Sequence record: PQ871103.1
DNA: 64,000 bases
Source of the DNA: Escherichia phage vB_Eco_ZCEC15
Strand: one strand, 5' to 3'
Notes under the pieces: generated by a model
What the model was told of the DNA's origin: nothing
The model's input: only the letters and a program-made list of their open reading frames with translations
Databases searched by the model: none
Shown here: piece after piece, positions 39,889 to 49,962 of the stretch
How the letters are laid out: each line of letters starts with the position of its first letter
Numbering within the stretch: the first letter of the stretch is position 1
Made by a program: the position numbers and the translations under genes

Positions 39889-42585
39889 TCAGCCAAACAG
39901 GAAGTCTAACGAAGCTTTTTCTTCATAGTCCATGCCAGCCGATTCACACATACCCGCAAGCGGTTTAACAAACGATTTTTGGAACAAAGTTGAGTGGTCA
40001 ATCCAAGATAGCACATCAGAACGAATTTCTTTTGGAAGTTCTGTACCCGATGGCCAAGCAATGCACTTGTCACCAAATGGATTTCCTTCACGTAATGGAA
40101 GAACCATTACTTTATTTCCATCCAAAATTGGAGCTACACCCAGACCACTAACAGCTCGACGATAAGTTAGCACACCGCGAATATGGAACGGGCATTTAAA
40201 TCCTGGCCAACCTTTATCATCATATTTCGCTATATCGTTCGCAGTTTTTACTTCAGCAATAACTTTATAGTCAAGTTGACGATATTCTTTCTCGAAGTTC
40301 TTGTAGTATTCTTGGACAGACTCTTCACCTTCTTGAAGAATACGACGAATACTTTCTTCGAGAGCTTCTTGCACTGCTTTTGGTGTTGAACTCTGCTGAG
40401 TTTCCATACCCATGATTTTTAGATGCGGTTCAGCAAATCGTTTATCTTCCATATCATAAACGTTCAGAGCATAACGCTTTTTCGCTTTCCAAAATCCACC
40501 AACACCCTTTGAACCAAGTGGAGGGCAAGAAATAGCTTCACGGTCCATATGCATCAGATGCTCGCGGTTATTCATATAATCACATAACTCACGATATGCA
40601 ACATCAATCATAGGTTCCATCTTTTTCTTACCGAACTGATTCATGAATTCAACTAAATCGTTCTGCTCTTTGAATCGGTCAAGACCAACTTTTTCAATAA
40701 CTTTATCTACACAAACATATACCGAATCAGTATCACCTGCTGCGATGAAATCTTCACCATTAGTTCCGCATACTTTATTCAGATATTCATTAATTTTACG
40801 AGCAATCCACTGAATACCAACTTGGCCGAAAATTGTGATAGCAGTAGCATTTCGCAAATCATAGTAACGAAAATGAATATTACCAAGAGCACCGTAAAGA
40901 CTGTTAATAAGAATTTTACGGTTCAGCTGATTTGTGTTAGCAAGTGTAGCTGCTTTTTCACATTCTTCAATCAAACTATTGAGAACAGATTCAGTGTAAT
41001 TCGATAGTTCATTTAAGAAATCATCACTGAACTTAACATATCGTTCAACTTCAGGTTTAGTTGAACAAGACCCTGCGCCTTTCATAATAATCTTTTTAAT
41101 AGCTTCGGCATTCATTTCTTCAGCGAACATTTTCTTTTTCCAATCTTTACGCTGGAAAAATACTTTAGCGATTTCCTTTGGAATGATACCTTCTTGATGC
41201 TTATCATACATCCATCCATTCGGAGAACAAGAATATTCATCACTCGGTTTAGGAGCTGTTCCTGCGATATATTCATGAATTGGATGAACTTTAAACTGAC
41301 CACGAATAGTCTCAGGACTAATGTTAACCTGACGAATAATGCTCGGATACAGAGACGTCAAGTCAAAACTCATAATATATCGACGAGCAATTGGTTTAGG
41401 TTCAAATACAAATGCACCCGGAAAACTTTGTTTAACGTGCGAACCTTGTTGAGGAATAACCTTATGTTCACCTTTCAGTGAGTTAAAAATAATAGCGTCC
41501 CAAGTTTTAATAGGACTCATTACACCAGAAAAAGGCATTTTAGCGTAATAAGACATACTTAAAACTAGATCGATAAACCCACGAATTTTATCAATTGCTT
41601 GAACTGATTCTACGTCAATGATGTTATAACTAATGTATCGTTGATGATTAGTCTCACGAAGTTTATTAATAGGACCATCGTACGGCAATTTACCTTTTTT
41701 GGTTTCATGTTGAGCAACTGATTCCAACGAGAACGATGGCAAATTAGTAAATGCGAACTTCTTGTATAAATCTAAATAATCAAGAATAGATACGCCATCA
41801 ATAGAATAAATTTCTTTGCTACCGTACATATTTTGAATTAGTTTAGATTTTACTCGACCGATTGGAGAGAAGCGTTTCATACTACGTTCACCGAGAACCA
41901 TTTTAACGCGATTCATGATATACGGAACGTCAAATCCCTCAATATTCCAACCAGTAAAAATAGCAGGTCGTTTCTGTTCCCAGAGATTGATATATTCCAT
42001 GAGCATATCACGCTCATTATCGAATGGCATATAAATTACTCGGTCAAGAATTTCTTGAGGAACTTCATCACCACCTTCACAGTCAAGCTTAGCAGCTAAC
42101 TTTGCATCCCATTTTGATACTGAACCGTACATTGAATTCAACAAATCAAAGACGTAAAAACGGTCGTCAATTGAATCGTAATGAGTGATAGCATCAATTT
42201 CATATTCTGCTTTCATTGGGTCAGGAAATTTATCACCAGTAACCTCAATGTCGCAGTTAGCTACACGAACAAATTTTCGGTCATAAACAATTTCTGAACC
42301 ATATGTATCACTGATATAAGCGAGTTTAAAATCGTTCATACCGAGAGCTTCGAGACCGATGTCTTCCATTCGCTTCATCCAGTCTCGTGCATCTTTCATT
42401 GATGGAAATTTTTGAGGAGCGCAATTTTTACCATAAATGTCTTTGTATTTTGACTCTTCCTTACAATGCCTAAACATAGTCGGAAGATATTCTACTTCAC
42501 GAGTACGTTCCTTTCCGTTTTCATCAATATAACGTTCAACAATATTATTTCCGACTGTTTCGATAGAGATATAAAATTCTTTCAT
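39889..42585 (-). CDS. 43: DNA polymerase gp43 (family B)
   Basis: 898 aa MKEFYISIETVGNNIVERYIDENGKERTREVEYLPTMF..; matches remembered T4 gp43. Confidence 0.95.
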   Translation of the reverse strand: MKEFYISIETVGNNIVERYIDENGKERTREVEYLPTMFRHCKEESKYKDIYGKNCAPQKFPSMKDARDWMKRMEDIGLEALGMNDFKLAYISDTYGSEIVYDRKFVRVANCDIEVTGDKFPDPMKAEYEIDAITHYDSIDDRFYVFDLLNSMYGSVSKWDAKLAAKLDCEGGDEVPQEILDRVIYMPFDNERDMLMEYINLWEQKRPAIFTGWNIEGFDVPYIMNRVKMVLGERSMKRFSPIGRVKSKLIQNMYGSKEIYSIDGVSILDYLDLYKKFAFTNLPSFSLESVAQHETKKGKLPYDGPINKLRETNHQRYISYNIIDVESVQAIDKIRGFIDLVLSMSYYAKMPFSGVMSPIKTWDAIIFNSLKGEHKVIPQQGSHVKQSFPGAFVFEPKPIARRYIMSFDLTSLYPSIIRQVNISPETIRGQFKVHPIHEYIAGTAPKPSDEYSCSPNGWMYDKHQEGIIPKEIAKVFFQRKDWKKKMFAEEMNAEAIKKIIMKGAGSCSTKPEVERYVKFSDDFLNELSNYTESVLNSLIEECEKAATLANTNQLNRKILINSLYGALGNIHFRYYDLRNATAITIFGQVGIQWIARKINEYLNKVCGTNGEDFIAAGDTDSVYVCVDKVIEKVGLDRFKEQNDLVEFMNQFGKKKMEPMIDVAYRELCDYMNNREHLMHMDREAISCPPLGSKGVGGFWKAKKRYALNVYDMEDKRFAEPHLKIMGMETQQSSTPKAVQEALEESIRRILQEGEESVQEYYKNFEKEYRQLDYKVIAEVKTANDIAKYDDKGWPGFKCPFHIRGVLTYRRAVSGLGVAPILDGNKVMVLPLREGNPFGDKCIAWPSGTELPKEIRSDVLSWIDHSTLFQKSFVKPLAGMCESAGMDYEEKASLDFLFG

Positions 42586-42644
42586 AGATATTCCTTAGTT
42601 TATAGCCCGAGTTATTAGGCTCTTGATATATTATACTCCAAATA

Positions 42645-42662
42645 AGGGGCCGAAGCCCCTTG
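42645..42662 (-). terminator. UUCG-tetraloop hairpin downstream of regA
   Basis: AAGGGGCCGAAGCCCCTT followed on the minus transcript by UUAUUUGGAG, then a TATAAT element before gene 43. Confidence 0.4.
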
Positions 42663-42663
42663 C

Positions 42664-43032
42664 TTAATTACCAATCGTATATTTAGGAACGAGTTTCCAT
42701 TCATGTTTTTGTTTAAAAGAAATAACTCGGAAATTATTAGTTAAATCTTTCATAAAAGTTCTTTGACCAGGAACGATTTCAATCAGTCCCCAATCTTCTA
42801 ACAGCCATGCAATCGAATCACGACGAACTTCATCTTCTTCTGTCATTTCAACTTGGCGACCATCCATACGAAGCATTTCTTTAAAATGAACGATATAGTA
42901 TAGTCCTTTTTTCTGAAGAATATGACAGGACTGATACAGAACTTTATCTTTATTATTAGCAATTCCCATACGAGTCAAAGTTTCTTTTACTTTCAGAAAA
43001 TCTTCAGGTTTTTTAAGAGTAATTTCAATCAT
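42664..43032 (-). CDS. regA: translational repressor RegA
   Basis: 122 aa MIEITLKKPEDFLKVKETLTRMGIANNKDKVLYQSCHILQKKGLYYIVHFKEM..; matches remembered T4 RegA. Confidence 0.9.
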   Translation of the reverse strand: MIEITLKKPEDFLKVKETLTRMGIANNKDKVLYQSCHILQKKGLYYIVHFKEMLRMDGRQVEMTEEDEVRRDSIAWLLEDWGLIEIVPGQRTFMKDLTNNFRVISFKQKHEWKLVPKYTIGN

Positions 43033-43033
43033 T

Positions 43034-43597
43034 TTACCATTCCAATGCTAGTTTTTTGAGTTGTTTCTGTTCTTTTACGTTCTTAGTCACTTCTTTTAAA
43101 AAATCATCCGTGACTAAACCTTTTAGTTCTTTTAATACTAAAGGAAGTTTTCCATTTTTAGCAAGAATTGATTTATAGTTAATTGCATCATTTGTATTAA
43201 CTTGATACCGCTTAGCAAGTAACTTAATAATCAATACTTCAGTAGAATCTTCGACCAGTTTTGCCCATTTACCATATCTTTTACCCCGAGGAACAGCAGC
43301 CATCAGATAATTAAAATGGGCTTCATCGCTTAAACCTGATCCAATTAAATTCATAGCATATACAGCTGGCATGCACTCAGGAAATTGTGATAATGCATTC
43401 TCAACCATGTATTTTGAATAATCTTTTTGAGCAATAGAGCATTTAGTTTTATTATTAATAGCTCCAATTATTTCAAAAAATTCATTTTCAGCTTTTTCCT
43501 TAAAAGAATCAGCAGCAGATTGGACAGCTGTCCAATCTTTTGAATACCAAGCAACTTGATGCTCGTTTAATTGAATATCATCTTCAAATAAGCTCAT
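43034..43597 (-). CDS. 62: clamp loader small subunit gp62
   Basis: 187 aa at the T4 gene 62 position, ATGA-coupled to gene 44. Confidence 0.85.
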   Translation of the reverse strand: MSLFEDDIQLNEHQVAWYSKDWTAVQSAADSFKEKAENEFFEIIGAINNKTKCSIAQKDYSKYMVENALSQFPECMPAVYAMNLIGSGLSDEAHFNYLMAAVPRGKRYGKWAKLVEDSTEVLIIKLLAKRYQVNTNDAINYKSILAKNGKLPLVLKELKGLVTDDFLKEVTKNVKEQKQLKKLALEW

Positions 43598-43598
43598 A

Positions 43599-44558
43599 TC
43601 ACTTCCACTGCATTTCGCATGCTAATTGAATGAAAAGATATGCTAAATGTAATTCCGTATTAGCCGCAATTCCATGATACTGGTTATTTTCACCAACAAT
43701 TTCATACATACGAATAATACTTTGCGGAGTTACACGTGTATAGATTTCTTCGGCAAGTTTACCTACGAACCACGAATAATCAGCTGCATATTTTGGCGCT
43801 AAAGCTCTGAGCTGTTTAACATCTTTATTTTTGAGAGACTCAAGAACATCATCAATAGCACCACGATCGTTAGTAACCAGTGATAAAATACCAGCATCCA
43901 AAACACCTTTAGATGAATAACTATCGAGCTCACCAATAGTTTTACGAAAATCAGGAAAATTCTTTTTAACCAAAGCTGCTACAACTTTCATATCAGCTAT
44001 AGCAATTCCTTCATGCTTGCAGATTTCAGTCAATCGACGAATCATCTGCTTCATCATTTCAATTTTATCTTCATCAGTCGGTTGACCGAACGTAATAACT
44101 CGGCAGCGTGACTGAAGCGGTTTAATAATACCATCAATATTGTTAGCAGTAATAATAATACTACAGTTTGAACTATAAGCTTCCATAAAAGAACGAAGAT
44201 GTCGCTGAGACTCTGCTAACCCTGAGCGGTCAAATTCGTCAATAACGATTACTTTTTGACGACCATCAAATGAAGCTGCACTAGCAAAATTAGTCAAAGG
44301 ACCACGAACGAAATCAATTTTACAATCTGATCCATTCACAAACATCATATCAGCATTTACATCATGACACAATGCTTTTGCTACAGTTGTTTTACCTGTT
44401 CCTGGAGAAGGAGAATGAAGAATAATATGTGGAATCTTACCTTTACTTGTAATAGATTTAAAGGTTTCTTTATCAAAGGCGGGAAGAATACATTCATCGA
44501 TAGTAGATGGACGATATTTTTGTTCAAGAATGTGTTCTTTTTCATTTACAGTAATCAT
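43599..44558 (-). CDS. 44: clamp loader ATPase gp44
   Basis: 319 aa from ATG at 44558 with GAGGAAA SD (ORF-track TTG at 44573); Walker [11 protein letters not shown]. Confidence 0.9.
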   Translation of the reverse strand: MITVNEKEHILEQKYRPSTIDECILPAFDKETFKSITSKGKIPHIILHSPSPGTGKTTVAKALCHDVNADMMFVNGSDCKIDFVRGPLTNFASAASFDGRQKVIVIDEFDRSGLAESQRHLRSFMEAYSSNCSIIITANNIDGIIKPLQSRCRVITFGQPTDEDKIEMMKQMIRRLTEICKHEGIAIADMKVVAALVKKNFPDFRKTIGELDSYSSKGVLDAGILSLVTNDRGAIDDVLESLKNKDVKQLRALAPKYAADYSWFVGKLAEEIYTRVTPQSIIRMYEIVGENNQYHGIAANTELHLAYLFIQLACEMQWK

Positions 44559-44589
44559 AATTTCCTCATTCAAGTTTTAGTGTAAATTT

Positions 44590-44605
44590 AAGGGCCGAAG
44601 CCCTT
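44590..44605 (-). other. UUCG-tetraloop hairpin between genes 45 and 44
   Basis: AAGGGCCGAAGCCCTT; no U-run, likely RNA stability or processing element. Confidence 0.4.
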
Positions 44606-44607
44606 TA

Positions 44608-45294
44608 TTAAAAGTCGTGGGTAGAATCAGCTTCAAGAGCTACTACATAATTCGCGTGTTCACCTTCAAATTTAGCAGCACCTTGTTTACCTTTTGCCCA
44701 GAGCAGAAGTTTATAATTTCCTGGTTGCATTTTCATATTTGCCATATTGATAATGAAATTAAATGTATTTTCACCATCATAATCACCAAGAGTCAAAGAA
44801 TATTTAACACGGGTCAAAGCAGAATCTTCTACTTTATTAAAACCGTTAATTACGATTTTACCTTCTTTTACTGTGATAGCAATTGTATCAATCTGCAGAC
44901 CACGAGATACACGCAACAGTTGTTGAAGGTCTTCAGCTTTAATTTCAGTAACAACAGATGCTACCGGGAATGGAATTGGTTTATTAGGAGCCACTACTGT
45001 GCTCGGATCAGCTGCTGGCCAAAAAATTGTTGAACGAGCATCAGCAATTTTAATATTTCCATCTTCTGACTGGGAAATTTCTGCATCGTCATTAACTAGG
45101 GACAGAATACCGAGAAAACCGTTCAAATCGTAAATTGCTACATCAAAATCAATAGTGTCAGAAATATTTGCTTCCGCATAAGTTGTACCATTAACTGCGC
45201 GAGTCATAATAAATTGACCAGATTTAAGCATAATACCAGAGTTAATAGTAGCGAAATTTTTAAGCAGAGCAGTAGTATCTTTAGACAGTTTCAT
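44608..45294 (-). CDS. 45: sliding clamp gp45
   Basis: 228 aa MKLSKDTTALLKNFATINSGIMLKSGQFIMTRAVNGTTYAEANISDTIDFD..; matches remembered T4 gp45. Confidence 0.9.
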   Translation of the reverse strand: MKLSKDTTALLKNFATINSGIMLKSGQFIMTRAVNGTTYAEANISDTIDFDVAIYDLNGFLGILSLVNDDAEISQSEDGNIKIADARSTIFWPAADPSTVVAPNKPIPFPVASVVTEIKAEDLQQLLRVSRGLQIDTIAITVKEGKIVINGFNKVEDSALTRVKYSLTLGDYDGENTFNFIINMANMKMQPGNYKLLLWAKGKQGAAKFEGEHANYVVALEADSTHDF

Positions 45295-45349
45295 GTAATT
45301 TCCTTCAATTCAAATGAGATTTAATTTTATAACTAATTTAATAAAGCAA

Positions 45350-45739
45350 TTAACGATTAAAATCAGCAGCAATTGTTTCAGCAACAATTTGAGCAGCAAC
45401 AATTAGACGTTCATCTGCATTACCGCAATAATCGTCTTCAAGGCGTTCACCGCATGAAGTCATAATAAATTTAGCACCAGCATTTAAAGATTCTGTCGTA
45501 TGTTTGCGCATTAGTTCAATCCATTTATTACTTACTTCACGATCGATAGCTTCATAATACGCATGACGAGCAGGTGCAGATTTAATTTTGTTCTGAATAA
45601 CTTCCATTGCGTTATCAGAAAGAGACAAAACCCATGCTCGACGAATTTTATTTTGGTTTTGCGGATTTGATTCAGAACGCACGTGTTTTGGCTGAATATC
45701 TTTTACATCAACAGTATAATTCACAGTAATTTTAGTCAT
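45350..45739 (-). CDS. rpbA: RNA polymerase-binding protein RpbA
   Basis: 129 aa ORF at the T4 rpbA position. Confidence 0.7.
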
Positions 45740-45748
45740 AATACACCT

Positions 45749-45940
45749 TTAGTCATAATAATCAGTAACAGTCCAAGCTTCATTCCTGTTGGACATTATT
45801 TTCGTATATTCTGATTTAAATGCATTCTTAAGCATAGATTCAGTAACTATATGCTCTTCATTAGAAAAATTATTTCTCAGAATATATCGTTTTATTTCAG
45901 GAATAGTTAATAGATGCTGTCCAGTTGAATATTCTGCCAC
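45749..45940 (-). CDS. hypothetical protein 63 aa (45.1 position)
   Basis: GTG start preceded by GGAGGAA. Confidence 0.45.
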   Translation of the reverse strand: MAEYSTGQHLLTIPEIKRYILRNNFSNEEHIVTESMLKNAFKSEYTKIMSNRNEAWTVTDYYD

Positions 45941-45950
45941 AGTTCCTCCG

Positions 45951-45958
45951 TATAAATA
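45951..45958 (+). promoter_or_regulatory. late promoter driving the HNH endonuclease gene
   Basis: exact TATAAATA on the plus strand about 33 nt upstream of the HNH ATG, followed by AAAAGGA SD. Confidence 0.6.
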
Positions 45959-45991
45959 TGTTTATCACTCGCTGTATCAAAAGGATATGTT

Positions 45992-46708
45992 ATGAATTAT
46001 AAACTAATTTATGAAAAGTTAATCTCTAATGCTAAATCTCGAAAACTTGATTGCTATACTGAATCTCATCACATTATACCACGCTGTTTAAATGGTAGCG
46101 ATGATGCTTCAAACTTAGTAGATTTAACACCAGAAGAGCACTATGTAGCTCATCAACTTTTAGTAAAAATTTATCCTTCTGAACCAAAATTAGTCTATGC
46201 TGCTAACATGATGACAGTTTCTACGAAATACGCTAAACGTAACAATAAAACTTTCGGCTGGATTCGTCGTAAACTCTGGGAAATAGAAAAGAATAAAGAG
46301 TTCTCCCAAGAGACACGAAAGAAAATGTCCGACGCAGTAGCTAATAAAGCAAGACTAACTTGTCCACATTGCGGTAAGTCTGGATTAAGCGGGAATATGA
46401 ATCGATGGCATTTTGATAACTGCCCAAATCATCCCAATCCTAAAGTTAGACCGCCAATGTCTAAAGAACACAGAAATAATATCTCAAACGGACTTAAAGC
46501 AATCGTTCTTGAAGAAACATCCTGCGAATTCTGCGGAATGATAGGCAAGAAATGCGTTATCGCAGCGCATAGAAATTTCTGCAAGAAAAATCCAAATGGA
46601 CGCAAGAAAACTGAAAAGACTGGTACTTGCGTCCATTGTGGTAAAGTTACCACTTTCGGAAATTTATCAAGATGGCATAATGATAATTGTAAATATAAAC
46701 CTAGCTAA
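45992..46708 (+). CDS. HNH homing endonuclease (Mob-like) with three Cys4 zinc modules
   Basis: 238 aa; HHIIPRCLNGSDDASNLVDLTPEEHYVAHQ HNH core; CPHCGKSGLSGNMNRWHFDNC, CEFCG..C, CVHCGKVTTFGNLSRWHNDNC; opposite strand to neighbours; 3 prime end overlaps gene 46 by 8 nt. Confidence 0.7.
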   Translation: MNYKLIYEKLISNAKSRKLDCYTESHHIIPRCLNGSDDASNLVDLTPEEHYVAHQLLVKIYPSEPKLVYAANMMTVSTKYAKRNNKTFGWIRRKLWEIEKNKEFSQETRKKMSDAVANKARLTCPHCGKSGLSGNMNRWHFDNCPNHPNPKVRPPMSKEHRNNISNGLKAIVLEETSCEFCGMIGKKCVIAAHRNFCKKNPNGRKKTEKTGTCVHCGKVTTFGNLSRWHNDNCKYKPS

Positions 46709-48389
46709 TCTTAGCTAAACTAAATCTACCAACTTTTTCCATTTGAATGTGCTGACCATATTCCTGTGGGTCATGGTCTTTATGCGAAATTATGAAGAAG
46801 TTGGTATCCTTCAAACCATCTAAAATTTTAGCCACATTTTTAATACCTTCAGCATCAAATGCACCGTCATACACTTCATCAAGAAATAAACAACTTATTT
46901 TAACACCTGAAACTTTTTCAGCAATATCACGCCAAGTAAATAGAAGAGCAATATCAATTCGTGCTTTTTCGCCTTGACTGAATGAAGCATAACTAAAATC
47001 TTCGCGACCACGGGATTTAATTGTCTCATTAAATTCTTCATCTAATGTAAACACATAATCCGCTTCCATTATTTTAAGATAATGGTTAATCTGCTTATTA
47101 AATAATGGAATGTACTTTTTAATAATAGCACCTTTAATACCAGAATCTTTGAGCATATCAGTCAAAATTCCTCTGTGGTATTTTTCCATTACCAAATTAG
47201 TTTTTGTCTTAACAATTTTATCAAGTTCTTCTTGAAGCAGTGCTATTTCATCAGCATGGTCAATAAACTCAGAAGATGCTTTTTCTATAGCCGCTTTAAC
47301 CTTTTTAGCTTTATCTACCGTCGTGATTAAAGATTGCTTTTTATTGCGAATATCATTCGCCAACGTCTGCTGGGTTTTAATATTATCTCGGTATTCATCA
47401 ACGAGAACTTTTAAATTATCACGATGCGTTGAAAGCTGTTCAAACGAATGCGTACATTCAGAAACTTTATCTTTAATTTTAGAAACAACTTTATCACCGG
47501 AACTTAACTGTGACAAGCAGGTTGGACATAATCCACCTTCGTGATACATATTAATGACTTTATTATACGAGTCAATTTTTGATTTAATTAAAACTGCTTC
47601 TTGACCGATTTTATTAAATGCATCAGTCGGGTCTTCATCTAAAACAATATTAACTAATCTTTCATTAGCTTTTTCTATTTCCGATTTTAGCGTTCTAGCT
47701 TCTTTTGCCAAATCATCATACATATTTTGCAGACGAGTAAGATTGTCACCCGTTAATTTTTTCTGGCGTTCAACGTTATCATTATATATTTTAATTTGTT
47801 GGATAATACTATCTTTTTTAACGTCAAGCACTTGGTTTTGTGAATTTAATTCACGTATTAGTGCTTTATTAAGCTTATCCATTTCAGCTAATGTTCCTAC
47901 CTCAAGCAGGTCTTCCACAAGCTTTCTTCGCGCAGGGGTCGACAAACCCATGAAAGGGGTATACCCTGCTGTACCAAGGACAACAATCTGCTTGAAACTG
48001 GCATATGACATTCCGATAAGCTGTTCAAATTCTGCTTGGAAATCTTTACTGCTGGCAGATTCATTAAGACGTGTACCGTTAACGGTGATTTCAAAAACGT
48101 TCGGTTTTTGTCCTCTTTTGATATAGTACTTTTTCTCATCATATTCCATCCACAGTTCAACTAAAAGTTCTTTCTTATTTGTGCTGTTTATTAATTGGCC
48201 TTTCTTTACATCACGAAATGGCTTGCCAAAAAGCCCAAATGTGATGGCTTCTAACATAGTAGACTTACCACCGCCATTTCGTCCAGTAATAAGAGTTTTT
48301 TGAACCTTATCTAATTGAATGTCAATAGGATTTCCACCTACTGACATTATATTTTGATACCTAACTCGGTTTAGTTTAAAATTCTTCAC
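46701..48389 (-). CDS. 46: recombination endonuclease subunit gp46 (Rad50/SbcC-like)
   Basis: 562 aa MKNFKLNRVRYQNIMSVGGNPIDIQLDKVQKTLITGRNGGGKST..; GTG start after AAAGGAA. Confidence 0.9.
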   Translation of the reverse strand: MKNFKLNRVRYQNIMSVGGNPIDIQLDKVQKTLITGRNGGGKSTMLEAITFGLFGKPFRDVKKGQLINSTNKKELLVELWMEYDEKKYYIKRGQKPNVFEITVNGTRLNESASSKDFQAEFEQLIGMSYASFKQIVVLGTAGYTPFMGLSTPARRKLVEDLLEVGTLAEMDKLNKALIRELNSQNQVLDVKKDSIIQQIKIYNDNVERQKKLTGDNLTRLQNMYDDLAKEARTLKSEIEKANERLVNIVLDEDPTDAFNKIGQEAVLIKSKIDSYNKVINMYHEGGLCPTCLSQLSSGDKVVSKIKDKVSECTHSFEQLSTHRDNLKVLVDEYRDNIKTQQTLANDIRNKKQSLITTVDKAKKVKAAIEKASSEFIDHADEIALLQEELDKIVKTKTNLVMEKYHRGILTDMLKDSGIKGAIIKKYIPLFNKQINHYLKIMEADYVFTLDEEFNETIKSRGREDFSYASFSQGEKARIDIALLFTWRDIAEKVSGVKISCLFLDEVYDGAFDAEGIKNVAKILDGLKDTNFFIISHKDHDPQEYGQHIQMEKVGRFSLAKIS

Positions 48390-48649
48390 AAAAGATTCCT
48401 TTTAATGTATCTTTTAGACCATTCTATCATATCATCATAATCTAAAAAGTATTCATCAAATTCAGCCATGCAAACAACGCCTTGTGCTGTTTTTGATGTA
48501 ATATAAATTATTCCAACATATCTAGAATCTTCTTCGGTGTAATCAATATTTGCTATGAATTCATCGTTAATGTCAAATGTCGAAAACTTCACAGTATGCA
48601 TCCTTAATACAAGATACAGCCATATCTTGTAATGATTTAGGTGTGTCAT
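48386..48649 (-). CDS. hypothetical protein 87 aa (46.1 position)
   Basis: ORF overlapping gene 46 start. Confidence 0.5.
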   Translation of the reverse strand: MTHLNHYKIWLYLVLRMHTVKFSTFDINDEFIANIDYTEEDSRYVGIIYITSKTAQGVVCMAEFDEYFLDYDDMIEWSKRYIKRNLL

Positions 48650-48836
48650 TATCTAAAATGTTGAAGTTAAAAGATACAGCCCAATCTGTACAGACCGTAA
48701 CCTTTTTAATACAATTATCTTCAACCTCTAACGGTTCAAACCAGTATTCAATAGTTTCTTTATGCCCAATATCATCTTTTACTTCGCATTCAAAATGCTG
48801 ACTCATCATAACATTTTTAAATTCATCAAAAGTCAT
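48573..48836 (-). CDS. hypothetical protein 87 aa (46.2 position)
   Basis: ORF overlapping gene 47 stop; start may be an internal Met. Confidence 0.45.
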   Translation of the reverse strand: MTFDEFKNVMMSQHFECEVKDDIGHKETIEYWFEPLEVEDNCIKKVTVCTDWAVSFNFNILDNDTPKSLQDMAVSCIKDAYCEVFDI

Positions 48837-49852
48837 TGTGTTGCCTCTACATATAACTGATTTGCATATTGAATAAGTGCTTCACGGTCAGAATCAGTGA
48901 TGTCTGGAATTGCATTAATGTATTCTTCCATCAATGTCTGAAGCGATTGAACTTCAACTTCTTCACTGTCATCTGACTCGACAGAGTTATCAATCTTTGA
49001 CACAACTCGTAATGAATGCACAACTTTTTCTAGTTCAGATTCGAACTTCGTTAGATTTTTGTCTACTTCAGTTACTATAACACGTACTGATAGATTTGTA
49101 AAATCTTTATAGTCAATTTTTCCTTTAAATGGATAATGAATTCTACGATGCCAGGTAGTGTTGTTTGGAATAAATTCCATTCGTTCTGTTTCTGTATCAA
49201 ACATCCAGAACCCGCGAGGGTCATTCTCGTCACCTGCAGTTAGTGTCCATGGTGTCCCAATATATCTGACGTTAGCAGCCTCAGAGATAGTATGGAAGTG
49301 ACCAGACCACACCTCTTTATAAGTCTTAAGGAAATCAGGTTCAAGACCGTGAGATTTCATTCCTTTATAAAAATAAAATCCATTCAGTTCCCAGTGACCA
49401 ACACAAAAAGAAGCAGATGAAGTTTTGATGTGTTCAAGAATTTCACCAGTATTTTCTTCGCACATCCAAGGAATTAAATCAATCAAACATCCGTCAAAAT
49501 CTACTGTAGTAGGCTTATCATATACTTCAACATTAGGATATTTAGCCAAAAGCTCAGTAGAAGCATTTGGATGCATTACATTTTTGTAGTGGAGATCGTG
49601 ATTTCCTACAATAGTATGTAATGTGATTCCAGCGTCATCAAGCATTTGAACTATTTCACGGGCAAACTCCATTGTTTTATGCGTGATCGCTTTTCGCACA
49701 TCAAAAATATCACCATATTGAATCCATACAGTAATTCCATTTTTCTTAGAATATTCTATCGCTTGCTTAATTCCATCAATTTGAATACCGCGAATCCACT
49801 CATCATCAGCTTTAACGCCTAAATGCCAATCACCCAAGTTTAGTATTTTCAT
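48833..49852 (-). CDS. 47: recombination nuclease subunit gp47 (Mre11/SbcD-like)
   Basis: 339 aa MKILNLGDWHLG.. calcineurin-like phosphoesterase motifs (GDWHLG, GNHD). Confidence 0.9.
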   Translation of the reverse strand: MKILNLGDWHLGVKADDEWIRGIQIDGIKQAIEYSKKNGITVWIQYGDIFDVRKAITHKTMEFAREIVQMLDDAGITLHTIVGNHDLHYKNVMHPNASTELLAKYPNVEVYDKPTTVDFDGCLIDLIPWMCEENTGEILEHIKTSSASFCVGHWELNGFYFYKGMKSHGLEPDFLKTYKEVWSGHFHTISEAANVRYIGTPWTLTAGDENDPRGFWMFDTETERMEFIPNNTTWHRRIHYPFKGKIDYKDFTNLSVRVIVTEVDKNLTKFESELEKVVHSLRVVSKIDNSVESDDSEEVEVQSLQTLMEEYINAIPDITDSDREALIQYANQLYVEATQ

Positions 49853-49962
49853 GGTGTCTTTTCCATCCTAATTTAGCTGCTTTTGAAACCAGTTCTTTAA
49901 TTTTTCCTTTTGTCCATTCAGGACCAGGAGGTTCATGACATAACATTTGCTTAACTCCGTTA

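Noticed and set aside
44617-45033. 138-codon plus-strand ORF
   Set aside because: Antisense within gene 45
47743-48126. 127-codon plus-strand ORF
   Set aside because: Antisense within gene 46
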